The position numbers were made by a program, and so were the translations under genes. Positions 24,141-36,010 of a stretch of DNA of 64,000 nucleotides are shown here, in pieces. The stretch's first letter is position 1; every line of letters begins with the position of its first letter. The notes beneath the pieces were generated by a model. It saw only the letters and a program-made list of their open reading frames with translations. It did no database searches and was not told where the DNA came from. Source of the stretch: Vicugna vicugna (lineage: Eukaryota); assembly GCA_013265495.1 (NCBI GenBank), contig MU057701.1:1240001-1304000 (forward strand). The letters run 5' to 3'.

Positions 24141-25479
24141 AGTTTGTATCAAAAAAATTTTTACAATGAAAATTCCTACCTGCCCAGGTTGCACCACCCA
24201 TCCCCCACTACAGATAACTTGCATTGCTATCAGCCTTCCATAAGTAAATGTTTACCTTTACTGACCATAAAATATCCTAGTTAATATAGTAAGTAGCAAT
24301 TCCAACAAAGATTTACATACCCCCAGAGAGTCAGGTAATTCCTCGGAGAGCCTCCTAGTCAGCAGGCAGCACTGAAAGAACACATCGTAATCCTTTTTGC
24401 CTATCTCTAAATTTCAGATACTTTTTCTTATATTATCTATGTGTTCATTCTCTTTACCCATTTTTCTTTTGTATTGTTGATCTTTTTCTTCTTGATTTCT
24501 GTGAGCATTTTATATTTAGAGAGGTTAGCTCTTTGTCTATGATGTGAGTTGCAAATATTTTTTCTGGTTTATGTTTTTCTCTTGACTGAAGGTTTTTTTG
24601 CAAAGCAGAACATGTATTCGTGCAGTGTAATTTATCAGTCTTGTATTATGACATACTTCTGGATTTTAAGTCCTAGTTAAACCAGCCTCTGCCCAAGGTC
24701 ATGAGGAATTCTTTCATGTTTCCTTCTTGAACTTTTATGATTTAATTTGTACCTTCAGATGATTGGTCCTTTTGGAAATTTATTCTGGTGCATAGAGTAG
24801 GTTGTGGGATATAGTTTTTCTGCTTTTCTTTTAAAACATTAACCCTTAGTTTTGAAATAAAGCTTTATTTTCTTCTGCTTTTTGAAAAGTATTAGCATTG
24901 TGTATGAAACAATGACTAATTTTTAGTTTACTTTGGAAGTTAGGAGCATGGGGTGGGACATTTATCAATATAGCTTGAATGTCACTTTGAGAAGCAAAAG
25001 TTGCTTACTCTACAGTATGTAAAAGTTAACCTTTGAAGCCAACATTTATTTTATTATTCATGGTTTTTCCTTTTTTTTCCCTGTCAAATCAAAATTTGGT
25101 AGATGGGTGGGGATAATTTCCAGTAGGTTGCCAAAGAAGATAGTTTACAGTGGGGAATGGAAAATACCAAACAACAAAACAACCAAAGTGAAAAACACAA
25201 TGGAATAAATTCCTTTATGCATGTATCGCTCTTAACAGCTTTTATCAAAGCTTCCACTGAACCATAGATCAGAAAGAGGAATTGTTCTCTAGCTGGAAGC
25301 CATCACTTCTCGGTAATTGCCCTGAGGCAGAGAAGGCTTTAGTGTCTGTGGTCCCAGTTCAGATCTGACTTAGCTCTACCATGTGACTGTATTAAAGGGC
25401 AGCATTTCAGAAACTGGCACCGTGACCCCACGGTGATGATAATCTAATCTAGACAATACAGTTAACTTGTCCTCTTTCA

Positions 25480-25960
25480 CTCAATCACCCATTTTACTAA
25501 TTTTTTTTGATCATCTACTAGGTCCCAGGCACTGTTCCTGCCACCACAGAGCCACCAGTCCACTTGTGGGAGGCACGGCCATTATGGCAGATGGTAGAAA
25601 GTATCCATCATAGGGCAGACAAGGAAGATGAGGAGCCCAGAGGAAGGGCAGCTCAGTGTGGGGTAGACGGAGGAATTCCAGAGGAGCTGATGCCGAACTG
25701 GAGTTATGATGAGGGGGTAGGAATTCTCCAGAAGAGGAAGAAGGGGATGGGTCCTCCAGGCAGGGGAACAGCATTGGCAAAGGCACAGACATGTGACATG
25801 TTCTGGGAACTATAAATTCTAGCAACCAGAATATAGGGGCAAAGACAGAAGTGATGAGAGAGTGGGCTGGAGAGGTAAGCGAGGGCTGCATTGTGAAAGC
25901 TGGGAAATTGACTCTCTCTGGAGGGTAATGGGGAGCCATTACAAGGTCTCCCTGATAAAC
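25480..25960. mobile_element. L2 fragment
   Basis: aggcaggggaacagcattggcaaaggcacagac...gggtaatggggagccatt. Confidence 0.6.
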
Positions 25961-26341
25961 CTGCAATTTTCTGGAAAAGTCAGAGCTCTCTACAGCCTTG
26001 GCAGGAGAAGCAGGAGGTCCAGACTCATGCCATGTAGCAAGAGCCCCTTTGTGGGGGGCCAGAGGAAAAAGCAGAGAGATTTGGTGAGAGTCTAAGGAGA
26101 GAAGCCCTTTGAGGGGAGGTTGGAGAGAGGGGGGAACCCTCTTACCCTGCTATGAGAAGGGGCCCTAAATCTGGGCGAGGCAGAAGGAGGGCTGAGAGTG
26201 CTGAGTAAATGTCACTGGTGCCTTTTTTTTTTCCCCCATGAAAAAGCTAAACAAAGCAGCTGCGTTCAGTGGCCTCTCAGGAAGGCCAGTCATTTCCTGA
26301 GGAGATATTAGGCGGCCCAGTCATTGTTCCTGGTTTCCAGC

Positions 26342-26359
26342 ATGGCCGCCATTACCTGA
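26342..26359 (+). other. uORF1 MAAIT* in PECAM1 leader
   Basis: agcATGg (A at -3, G at +4): ATG GCC GCC ATT ACC TGA. Confidence 0.6.
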
Positions 26360-26475
26360 CCAGCGCCAAGGCCAGTCTCTCTGCAGCTCCTGGAGAAACT
26401 CCCAGCGTGGTCTCTGCTTTTCACAGGACAGGCTTCTCATCTGGTCGCGTGGGAAGTGTCTTCTGCCCCCAGGGC

Positions 26476-26496
26476 ATGGCCCCAAAGCAGAACTAA
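26476..26496 (+). other. uORF2 MAPKQN* in PECAM1 leader
   Basis: ggcATGg: ATG GCC CCA AAG CAG AAC TAA; in frame with the main ATG, stop ends 24 nt upstream of it. Confidence 0.65.
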
Positions 26497-26520
26497 CTGC
26501 CCGAAGTCTCCGCTCTCAGG

Positions 26521-26584
26521 ATGCAGCTGGGGGGGACCCAATGGGGCACAGTGTGGCTCGCAGCCCTGCTGACACTTCTGCTGT
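26521..26584 (+). CDS. PECAM1: PECAM1 exon 1 coding part (signal peptide MQLGGTQWGTVWLAALLTLLL)
   Basis: caggATG at 26521, hydrophobic leader like the CD31 signal peptide, donor gtgagt at 26585; 64 nt. Confidence 0.96.
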
Positions 26585-26670
26585 GTGAGTTTTTACTCTC
26601 TTCCCGCATCGCTTAAACTTCGGGAGCATTGATGCTCATGAAACCAACATATTTCTTCTGTCTTTTCCAG

Positions 26671-26697
26671 GTTCAAGCCTCAAGGGTCAAGAAAACT
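26671..26697 (+). CDS. PECAM1: PECAM1 exon 2 (CSSLKGQEN), 27-nt mini-exon
   Basis: tcttttccag acceptor, gtaagt donor; matches CD31 CSSLEGQENS. Confidence 0.96.
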
Positions 26698-26951
26698 GTA
26701 AGTTCTAAAATTCCTACCTGGCTTCCTTGTGTCATTCTGTGACTTTTTAAAAACTCATATCAAATTACTTGAGTTTAATATTTATAACAATTCAGAAACA
26801 TACTCCAACTGGGAGCTAATGTTGATTCCTTTCCGCATTTTCAGAAGGTTTTAGAACAAAACGCTTGTTCTAAGCCAAGTTTTAATCAGCAGTTTCTCGA
26901 AGTAGCACACATTTTCTAGATCCCAGTGAACTTCTTTTTGTTTGGATTGGT

Positions 26952-27021
26952 GGCAGTAAATCGCTCCCTGCCCAGGTTTTCCAGAAAGGTCTTTGTACCT
27001 TCAGGGGAAAACTTCAGAACT
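26952..27021 (+). repeat. copy 1 of 70-bp dispersed direct repeat
   Basis: 68/70 identical to 28170-28239. Confidence 0.95.
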
Positions 27022-28169
27022 TCAGAGATAAGAAAGTGAGTGATTCCATAGGTTATTTTTTGTTGTTCTACCATGATTTCTTATTTTTCATATTCCACCC
27101 TATCCTCAATTGTTTTTTTTTTTCGCAAAGGAGACGGAATCAATTTGTGAGATTCGTGAAGCCAGGACATAGTTTAAAGATCATTATTGTGACTTTTTTT
27201 TCTCTTAAATGATCTCAAACAGATTAGATTTCACTTCCCATCCACCCAGGAGGCTACAATGATGTCAGTAAGCAATGCTCTGTGCTTGTGCACAGGATGG
27301 GGGGGCTTCTGCCTGTCTTTGAAGTCTGGTTTATCATCCCCTTTAGAGCTAATTTTGAATCTCTAAGATAAGCAGGTTTGGTTTCGTTTCGTCTGGGATG
27401 ATGTGAAAGAGGGGACTGGGCTGAGTCTGGGGGCTGAATGGAGGGAGAGCCTACAGAACAGGATGTGCTTGTGAGAGGTCACTTCAGTCAGTGAGGAATC
27501 GGGATGACCGGGTTGCAGACGGTTGTACAGCTATTTGGAAATGATGTGTGTGGGTGATACTGGTTGTTTGAGACAAGGCTTGGAGCTGTAGCTCCAAGAC
27601 AAGGAGGGCTGGTGTGGCTGCTTGGCAGAGCTGGTCTGGTGGGTCTCCTGCTCGTGTCCATGTGTTTGATCCCCATGACAACCCATGGAGGCGGGATGCC
27701 CATTATCCTCAAATCATCCTCAGTTGACTGATGATGTCTTGACACCCCAGAGAAACAATGGACTTGTCCAAAAAGAGCCAGTTAGCAGGGCACCAGAACC
27801 TCCCCTCCCCACATCCCCCATCGTTGGAGCCGGCAGCCAGTGGCCTGACTCAAATCTTTAAAGCCACTGTTACTCTGTCTCTTTGAGCCCTTTCCCCTCA
27901 CTCTGTAAAATAAATGTGATAAGAGTCAGTATAGAGAGGAGATGAGATAAAAAGGTGACCCACCTGCCTGGCATGTGGTGGTTAGTAAACAGTGGTTTAC
28001 TGTCAGCCCTAGCTCACCTCGACAACCTCAGCTCCTGTCCACTCCAGCCCACATACCCCCTGCTCTTGTCCAGACCACACCCTGCCAACACTGGTGCCCC
28101 TGGGCTTCTGCGTCTCTGAGTCCTGTTTCCCGGGACCTCCAATCTCCCATCTTCCTTCCCATCGCAGGC

Positions 28170-28239
28170 GGCAGTAAATCGCTTCCTGCCCAGGCTTTCC
28201 AGAAAGGTCTTTGTACCTTCAGGGGAAAACTTCAGAACT
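28170..28239 (+). repeat. copy 2 of 70-bp dispersed direct repeat
   Basis: 68/70 identical to 26952-27021. Confidence 0.95.
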
Positions 28240-30879
28240 GCAGCACCTAGAGCAGGAAGACCCTCCAACTGCCTCCCCAGGCCTCCACCCTGTTTTCCAT
28301 AAGGTACTTGCACTATGTCAACTCTGGTGCTGGCAGAGTTGGGGCTGAGACCCAGGCCTCCCATCCCTTAGGCCACAGGAGAGCACACTGGACGTGCGTG
28401 ACCTGCCAGCCTGCTCCGCATTGCCTGCTCAGAGGTTGAGGGGCTTGGTCAGCCCTGGCCCTTCCTCCCCTTTTCCCTCAGGTCCCCACCCAACCCCAGC
28501 CTGCCCATCTCGGAGGATGACCTCAGCTGCATCTTCACCTAGAACACAGTGCTGTTTGCAGGGAACTCCCTCCACTTCCCGCCCTGCTGGGGCCTCAGGC
28601 TTATCTGCCTCCCCACCCGTCCCTGGCTTCCCTCCTGCTTCAGATGCCGTGTCCACCCCATGGCTGCGCCTGGCCAGCCTGTCCACCTGAACCTGCAGCC
28701 CATCCCTCTCATCGCCCCCTAGGACCAGCCCTCATCCCACTTTTAGTATCTCTACCCCCATCTTTCTGGCTCTTTCCTTTCAGTCTACGGACAGTCTCTT
28801 GTTTTTTTTAGGAAGAAGAAAACTCATCCCTGCCTCCATTTATCTTGTGTCCCCCTCCTGTCTGTTCCCTTCCTCCGTCAGACTTCTCCGAGGCCTCGTT
28901 TGTAATCACCGTCACTTCTTCCTCACCTCTCAGGCATCCCTACTTAGCGGCTCTGGCCTTGGCCCCCACCGCTCCCTGCAATTGGAATCCTCTGACTAAG
29001 GGGAGATGCCAGATGCCCCAAATACCTCCAGTCCTTAGCTTTCTGGTCCCCTGCGTTGCCTCTGCACAAAGCCCCTTTCCTTGGCCTTCTAGACCCTCCT
29101 CCCAGGTGTTCACCCACCTTTCTGACAAACCCTCTTTTCTTCCCCCCTGGGAGACTTGGACTTTCCCAGGATCCGGTCGTCTCTGGAGCTCAGCCTCCCC
29201 TCTACACCTCCACATGCCCACCCTCCAGTCCAGTGAAGCCCTGGCCGCTGCCCTGAGCACCTGGCTTCCTATGGGGCCAGTGGTTGACATCTCCTCTGGA
29301 TCATCACCCCCAGCCTCCCAATCCTGGCTGCACCACAGGGACTTTGTCCCCGTCCTTATCTTTTTCTGGCCTTCTCTCCTGCAGTCAGCACACGCATATC
29401 CTCCTGCAGGGGGGCACTACCTAATCCAGGAACCTTATCTTCCACTCTCTGCCTCGATCCCCGTGTCTTTTTTTCTTTAACTGTAGTAACATACATATAA
29501 CAAATGTTATTAATGATATTTAGTACATTCATAATGTTGTGCAAACATCACCATTGTCTAGTTTCGGGAAATTTTCTTCACCCCAAAAAACAAGTCCTTT
29601 TGCATCCACTAAATATTTCTCAAGTCCAACCCTTCCCTTCATCCCCGCTGTGTCTGACCTAGTGCAGACCTCCTCAGCTTTGGCCTGAACCATCATCCAA
29701 GTTGTCATAGGCCTCCGATCTCTCCCTCCAGCCCACGGTGATCTTTCTAAAGCTCCAGTGTCATCCTGTTACCCCTCCCACACCCCCTGAAGACCCTCAG
29801 GACAGGACCCAGCTTGTCAGAGGGCAAGGCCCTCTGTTCTGGCCCCTCCCACCTGGCCCCCTGACCCGCTGGCCCCACACTCTGGTTCTATAACTGCTAG
29901 TGCCCAGAATGCATTGACCTCTCCTGCCCCTATGTCCTGGGACATGCTGTTCTCTTGCCCGGAGCATCCACCACCCATTCTTGTCCTGGTCCAAGTTTCA
30001 GTTCCCAGATCACGTCTTTCAAACTTGACCTCTCCTGGCCCCACTTCCTGTTGGTGCTTACAGCATTTTACTCCAGCTATTTGGGTCCCCACCAGCCTGC
30101 ATGGACAGCAGGGATGGTTTCTTATTCACCTTGTAAGCCCCACACCTGGCACAGGTGCTTGATAAATGCCTCACTGAAGGGGACCCAGACTGAACTTAGA
30201 AGTGCTGGAGATTCAGATGAGCTGGGTCAGCACACTCCATGCTGGGCCTCAAAGTTCATCAGTGACTCCAGGCTTCGTGGCTCCCTGTATTTTCCTGACA
30301 ATGCAGGGCGGCCTCTCCTCTGTCCACTCCCCCCTTTCTTTCTGAGTCATTTCCAGGTTGAGAGGTAAGTGTCTGGCTGAGTAATGATGCCTCACCTTCC
30401 TGGGGAGCATCAGCATCCACTGACTGGTGTCTTGAAGTAGAGGGAAGTGGATTCCTTTGTTTTAGGGCTTGGGGACTTAGCACTGTGATCCCAGGGTGCC
30501 TTTTCTGAGCTGTGGTGACTTTGTTTCTTTGAATCATCTCCATCAGCCTTCATTTCTCCAGGTGGGAAAGATCTGGCCTCTTTAGGCTGTTCCGTGACCC
30601 CGTCCTTCCATTACAGTTCTGAACCTTTTGGGTCCTCTTCCCAGAAAAACACACACTCGCATATAATTGGAGGTGGTTCATAGGCCTCCTAACTCCCATC
30701 CTTGAACCTCCAGAAGGCCCAGGGAGCCAAGTTGTATCAATCACTCTATTGTGTAAATAGTGAGACCTGTGCACAGTAATCTAGTTTGGCTGTTCCTGGC
30801 AAGTTTATTCACAAAGTGGATAGTATTTTCCATATTAGCTTAATAATCAGGTAGAGATTTTTAAAGATTGGTCGGGTGG

Positions 30880-31295
30880 TGTACTTGTTATCTGTTGATG
30901 CTTAAAAATTTACCCCAAAACCTAGTGGCTTTACAGTAGTGATTTGTTGGTTTGTTGAGAGGTTGCTGATAAAACGTTGGTCAGGTTACAATTGTCTGAT
31001 GCTGGGGACTCTACTCATGTGGCTGTTCCTCGCCATGTGGGCCTCTCCACGGGGGTGCTCGGGGATGCTCAGAACAGGGCAGATGGCTTTGCCCAGAGTG
31101 AGTGATCCCAGAAGAGGAAAGAGTGACTAAGATGAAAGTTGCAACATCTTTTATAAACTAATCTCAAATGTGACATACTAGCATTTCTGCAGTATTGTTA
31201 GGCATAAGATCAACCCTGGTGTGATGTGGGAGGGGACCACATGCTGGTGTGATATCAGAAGACAAGGCTCTTTGGGGGCCATCTCGAAGGCTGGA
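30880..31295 (-). mobile_element. MLT1-type LTR remnant
   Basis: accccaaaacctagtggcttt...gtgggcctctccac...tgggggccatctcgaaggctgg. Confidence 0.65.
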
Positions 31296-33262
31296 TACCG
31301 AAAGGGTGGTGGAGGATGTGGTAGTCATGGTGACAAAATCTAGGCTACTTACCCTGTTGCATCAAATCAGTGAGGTTAACTTGAAGAGCTGGCATTCATG
31401 TATTGATACATTTTGTAAAATGCTTTTCCTTCTGTCCTGCCCTCATTGCTGCTCCCTTGTCTGTTCCAGCTGGCCATGCAAGTATGAGGTCCCTACCAGT
31501 GAATCACTTGAGTTAATTTATTAAGCAGATGTTTTTTAGAGTTGTTTAGAAAAACAAGGTGGCAGGAGTGCCTGGTGTTTTTTAGAGAGGCTTTCATCCT
31601 CTCTTAAAAACCACTACCTTCTGCTTTAGCCAATTTTAAAATTGTGAAACAGTGGTAGGGTGCCTATAAAAAGGAAATGAACCAGGGCCGCTAAGCAGGA
31701 GACCCAGGCAGGGTTGGCGCTGAGGCTGGAAGGCCTGGAGTAGGGAAGAATTGTGAAATGCAGACTGTGCTCCAGGCGGGCAGGAACTGTGCCAGTCTCA
31801 CTCTTTTCTGAGCCCCCAGTTTTGGGTGCAGTGCCTAGCACAGAGTAGCCCCCCTGAAATGTCTGCTGAGTACACAGTGCTAAGGCAGCTGGAAAGAAAT
31901 GTCAGCCAGGGGCCAGGCATTGGACAGTACGTACTGCATCCCTTCAGCGCCCTCAGCCACTTGGTTCAGTGATTGTTCAAGGTTAAAATGCAAGGGGAGG
32001 CAGGCATTAGAGCTCCTGCTTTATAGGAGGAGGAGTGGAAGCCTGCGGGGGTTAAATAACTCCCCACCACACCCAGCCAATGGCTGTCGGATGAGGGGTT
32101 TGGACCGTGGTATGCCTGACTTGCTTTATTCCTGCTCCCAGTTCTGTGTCCCAGTCTGAGGGGCACCAGCTACGGGCATGCCTTTCATTCAGAATGATTA
32201 ACAGTAAAGTAGCCCAACACAATGGATGACCAACACTGGGAATCCGGACAAGTGGTTGTAATTCACCTGGGAAATTTAAAAAATGGTTTTCTTTTGAAAA
32301 AGTTCACTAGAAGTATGGATTCGAGAAAGAGCCTTTAGTGACCTCAAGACTCAAGAGTTGGTTTTATATCTGCAACTGGCAGAATCTAGCTAACATTTCA
32401 CCTGTGCCAGGAACTGTGCTCCAAGGACTTAAACGCAGGTTTTCACTTAACTTACTATTATCACGTCCATTGTATGGATGAGCAGACGGAGGCTCAGAGC
32501 TCAGTAACTTACCAGAAGCAGTTTGTGAATAGAGATGGGATTTGGCCCAAGAAGTCGGGCTCTGCACTTGTCTTCTGCTCTCTATCTCCTGAGAGAATCA
32601 CTATACTAAGCAGTGTGGTTTAAAATGAAGGGGGAGGTACTGAAGGGGTAGGGAGACCTGCCTGCCTCCCTGGGATGGGAAACTAAACACAGATGAAATA
32701 AATTTCTCTTCTGAGCGCTCCCACCGCAGGCTTATCAGACCAGGAGCTAATAAGGAATAGAGAAAGACGGAAAAAGGAGCACTAAGATTAATCCTGCAAA
32801 AAATAACTTAAACAATCACCTTGTCTCATGACTGATCAGGTGGCATTTTTTGTTAAATTAATTGCTCATAAGAAAGGGATAGGGATGGACTGTTGTATTC
32901 ATTTTAAAACCTGAGACATGTTACAGACAAGTTAGATTCTAAGTTATTCCCAAAAGGTTTGACTTTATTAAAAGAGAGGAAAGAAACATCATTTTGCCAG
33001 TATCTCTGGCCAGCTAGCTACGTTTGCTTGTAAAATGATTTGGGACCACTTATAAAATAAAAGTGATGTATTATCATTCAGTAGGGTAAAAATAGATGAG
33101 GAAATCAGAGTGAGAGGAAAATAAAGGCAGACAAATAAAACTGTGGCCCTTTTAGCACACGGAAGTGCATCCCAAAGGTTGCCAGCGATAAAATTTTGAG
33201 TTTATATTTCTTAGCAGCCAAAGCAAAAAGGGAAGCAAGACCCATTAGAAAAAGTGATTTCA

Positions 33263-33404
33263 GTGGGAGGGTATAGCTCAGGTGTAGAGTGCTTGCCTAG
33301 CATGCATGAGGTCCTGGGTTCAATCCCCAGGTGCCCCCATTAAAAATAAACAAATAAATAAATAAACCGAATTACTACCCGCCCCCACCCCCAAAAAACT
33401 AACA
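33263..33404 (+). mobile_element. Vic-1-like SINE
   Basis: A/B box tRNA head; TSD aaaaagtg(a/g)tttca. Confidence 0.9.
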
Positions 33405-33999
33405 AAAAAGTGGTTTCAAGTTCTTACCCATCTGGTGAAGCTGAGTTCATTAGATAGAAAACACCAGCTGAGACTGTTCTTATCTGGTCAGGCCTGGGCG
33501 GGGGTGACAGGGAGGAAAGTTCCTGAGCATGACCATCTGATTTCATGATAGCACAATGGTAGCCATCATTTATTAAGCAATTGCTGTGTGCCAGGCACTG
33601 CGCTGCGTGCTTTCCTGCTCCTCTTCTGTAAGTCTTGCAATAACCGACTACGTAGGTACTGTTACTTCACTTTCTAGATGAGGCAGTTGAGCTCAGAGAG
33701 GTTAATTGCGCAAGGTCACACAGTATGTGGTGACTTGAATGTTTGTCTCCCTGAATCCTTTGCTCCCTGCAGGGGCGGTGATATGGCAGCTTATAGGCTG
33801 CGGGCATCTTATGGACATGTTTCCTCGATCACGATCAAGGCTGCCCCCTGGTCTTGGTGGGAACAGGATCGTGCCTGACCTACCACACACAGTCATTACC
33901 ACCTAGCCCCTGTGGGCATTTGAGACCCTTGGACACTACTGCACAGGATGTGACAATATCAGTCTGACGTGGTGAAGGTCACCAGGATGCTGTTATTTC

Positions 34000-34441
34000 T
34001 TTCCTTTTTCTTTTTTTTTTTTTGAGTTTTGATTTGCATTTACATTTTACTTATTTATTTATTTTATTGAGGTACAGTCAATTACAGTGTGTCAATTTCT
34101 GGTGTACAGCACAATGTCCCAGTCATGCATACACATACATTTTTCATTTTCATATTCTTTTTCATTAAAGGTTATTACAAGATATTGAATATAGTTCCCT
34201 GTGCTATAGAGAAGAAACTTGTTTGATTTTTTAAATCTATTTTTATATATAGTAACTAACATTTGTAAATCTCAAACTCCCAAATTTATCCCTTCCCACC
34301 CGCTTTCCCCAGTAACCATAAGACTGTTCACTATGTCTGTGAGTCTGTTTCTGATTTGTAGATGAGTTCATAGTGTCCTTTTTTTCTTTTAGATTCCATG
34401 TATGAATAATGTCATGTGGTATTTTTCTTTCTCTTTCTGGC
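34000..34441 (-). mobile_element. young camelid-type L1 3' end just upstream of exon 3
   Basis: poly-T tail, then L1 3' UTR reverse complement ending ~55 nt before the exon 3 acceptor. Confidence 0.88.
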
Positions 34442-34496
34442 CGATGTTTTTTTCTGAGATAACAGGTGTGTCTGCTATCTTTCCCTTGGCATTTAG

Positions 34497-34790
34497 CTTT
34501 CACCGTCAACAGCATCGAAATGGCGATCTTGCCAAGGAACGAGGTGCAAAACGGGGAGAACCTGACCCTGCAGTGCATCGTGGATATCAGCACCACCTCA
34601 CATGTCAAGCCTCAGCACCAGGTGCTGTTCTACAAGGATGACGTGCTGTTTCACAACGTCTCCTCCGTGGAGAACACAGAGAGTTATGTTATTCCCCACG
34701 CCCGGGTCTATAACACAGGGATATACAAATGCACTGTGATCCTGAACAACAAGGTGAAAACCACTGAGGAGTATCAGGTGTGCGTGAGAG
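34497..34790 (+). CDS. PECAM1: PECAM1 exon 3, Ig domain 1
   Basis: SFTVNSIEM...NLTLQCIVDISTTSHVKPQHQVLFYKDD...YKCTVILNNK; atttag/gtgagt; 294 nt. Confidence 0.98.
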
Positions 34791-35199
34791 GTGAGTCCCT
34801 GGAATTGAACACAGCTGGAGTAGATGAAGTGTTAACACAAGCAGTAGCAAGAATAGTAATTGTATGAATAGTGACACCAGACCTACTTGCTCGTCTGTCA
34901 TCCTTCTCACTCAACTGCCTGGCGTTTTCCTAGCCTGAAAATGTAGGCATTAGACTTGCTCCTGACATGCCAGGATTTTCCTCACCTCCGTGCCTTTGCA
35001 CATGCTATTCCGTCTCCCTGGAATACCTCCCTTCATCTCATCTCCTCATGAGCTGCTGTTTCTCCTTCAGCGTGCAACTCAGTGATCTCTTCTCTGACAC
35101 TTTCCCAAACAAAATTGATCTCCCCCCAGGTCCCGGTCCTTACAGCTCTTATGCTCTCTCTGCATTTAGTGGTATTTGTATAAAGGCCATTGGATTTGA

Positions 35200-35410
35200 G
35201 TGTTGACACTGGATTCTGCAGGTACTCTGCCTAGATTCCAATCTGGACAAGTCCCTTAACCTCTCTAAACTTTAAACTTCTCATCAGTGAAATGAAGATA
35301 TAATACGACCCAGCTCAGGGAGTTACTGAGAGGATTAAAAGATACCGTGTTAGTAAAGAGCTTAGTGCAATTTCCAGCACATAATGAGTTTCCAATAAGG
35401 GGCAATTACT
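35200..35410 (+). mobile_element. MIR SINE
   Basis: ggacaagtcccttaacctctct...aaatgaagataataa..tgagaggattaaa core. Confidence 0.7.
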
Positions 35411-35439
35411 ACTTCACTTGATATTGCAACTTTCTCACA

Positions 35440-36010
35440 CATCTGTTTGTTCTTCTGGACTGTGAGATCATGAGGAAAGAGATGGTGTTTGGTCTATTTT
35501 TGTATCTTGAACAAAAAAAATCTGGCTCATAGTAGGCACTCAATAGGTAATTGTGGAATAAATTTAAACAGGTGAAAAGAGCAAGTAGAAATAGACAGGG
35601 ATTGAGCAACAAGAGAAATATCATTGTGTTAAATTTGGGTTCATAAAGTTTCAGCCACTCATTCATTCATTGATTTATTTCCTCAAGCAGCATGTCCCAA
35701 GTCTGCCAGTCATGAAAAAACTAAGTGCTAGAGAAAAATGCATCAAGCAGGTCCTAACTCTAGAGGCAGTTACAGTCCTGTGAGGAGGAGAGACATTTGA
35801 GCACATCATTACAGTCCAGTAGTTACATGATCTGAGTGCCTTGGGAGCACAGCAGTGGGAGGAAACAATTCTGCGTAGAGAAGTTAGGGACTGTTTCCTG
35901 GAAGAAGGGACATTGGGTCCAAATCCAGAAGATTGTGTAGGAGTTTGCTGGATGGTGAAGTGGGGCAAAGGGCAGAGAAAAGTGCTGTAGCATAAACGTG
36001 ATAGAGCAGA
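35440..36010. mobile_element. L2 fragments
   Basis: tggctcatagtaggcactcaata 3' end and cattcattcatt tail. Confidence 0.6.

Larger units (their letters stand above)
26200..26520 (+). promoter_or_regulatory. PECAM1: PECAM1 TATA-less proximal promoter and 5' UTR
   Basis: ETS cores CAGGAAG 26278, ATTTCCTG 26292, GGGAAGTG 26451; GATA AGATAT 26303; FOX-like TAAACA 26248; directly upstream of the ATG. Confidence 0.8.

Noticed and set aside
1..26200. MILR1 (Allergin-1) exons on the minus strand, expected from human synteny
   Set aside because: No MWSHL-like leader or Ig exon found; NIFCSNQNS at ~3100-3150 lacks the rest of an Ig domain and splice sites
29403..29417. CTCF-like cctgcaggggggcac
   Set aside because: An extra G breaks the core spacing
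28845..29480. 211-aa Pro/Ser-rich ORF in intron 2
   Set aside because: Product of C/T-rich, L2-like sequence depleted of stop codons
33263..33340. tRNA gene
   Set aside because: The tRNA-like head is followed by an A-rich tail and TSDs and recurs six times: a SINE, not a tRNA
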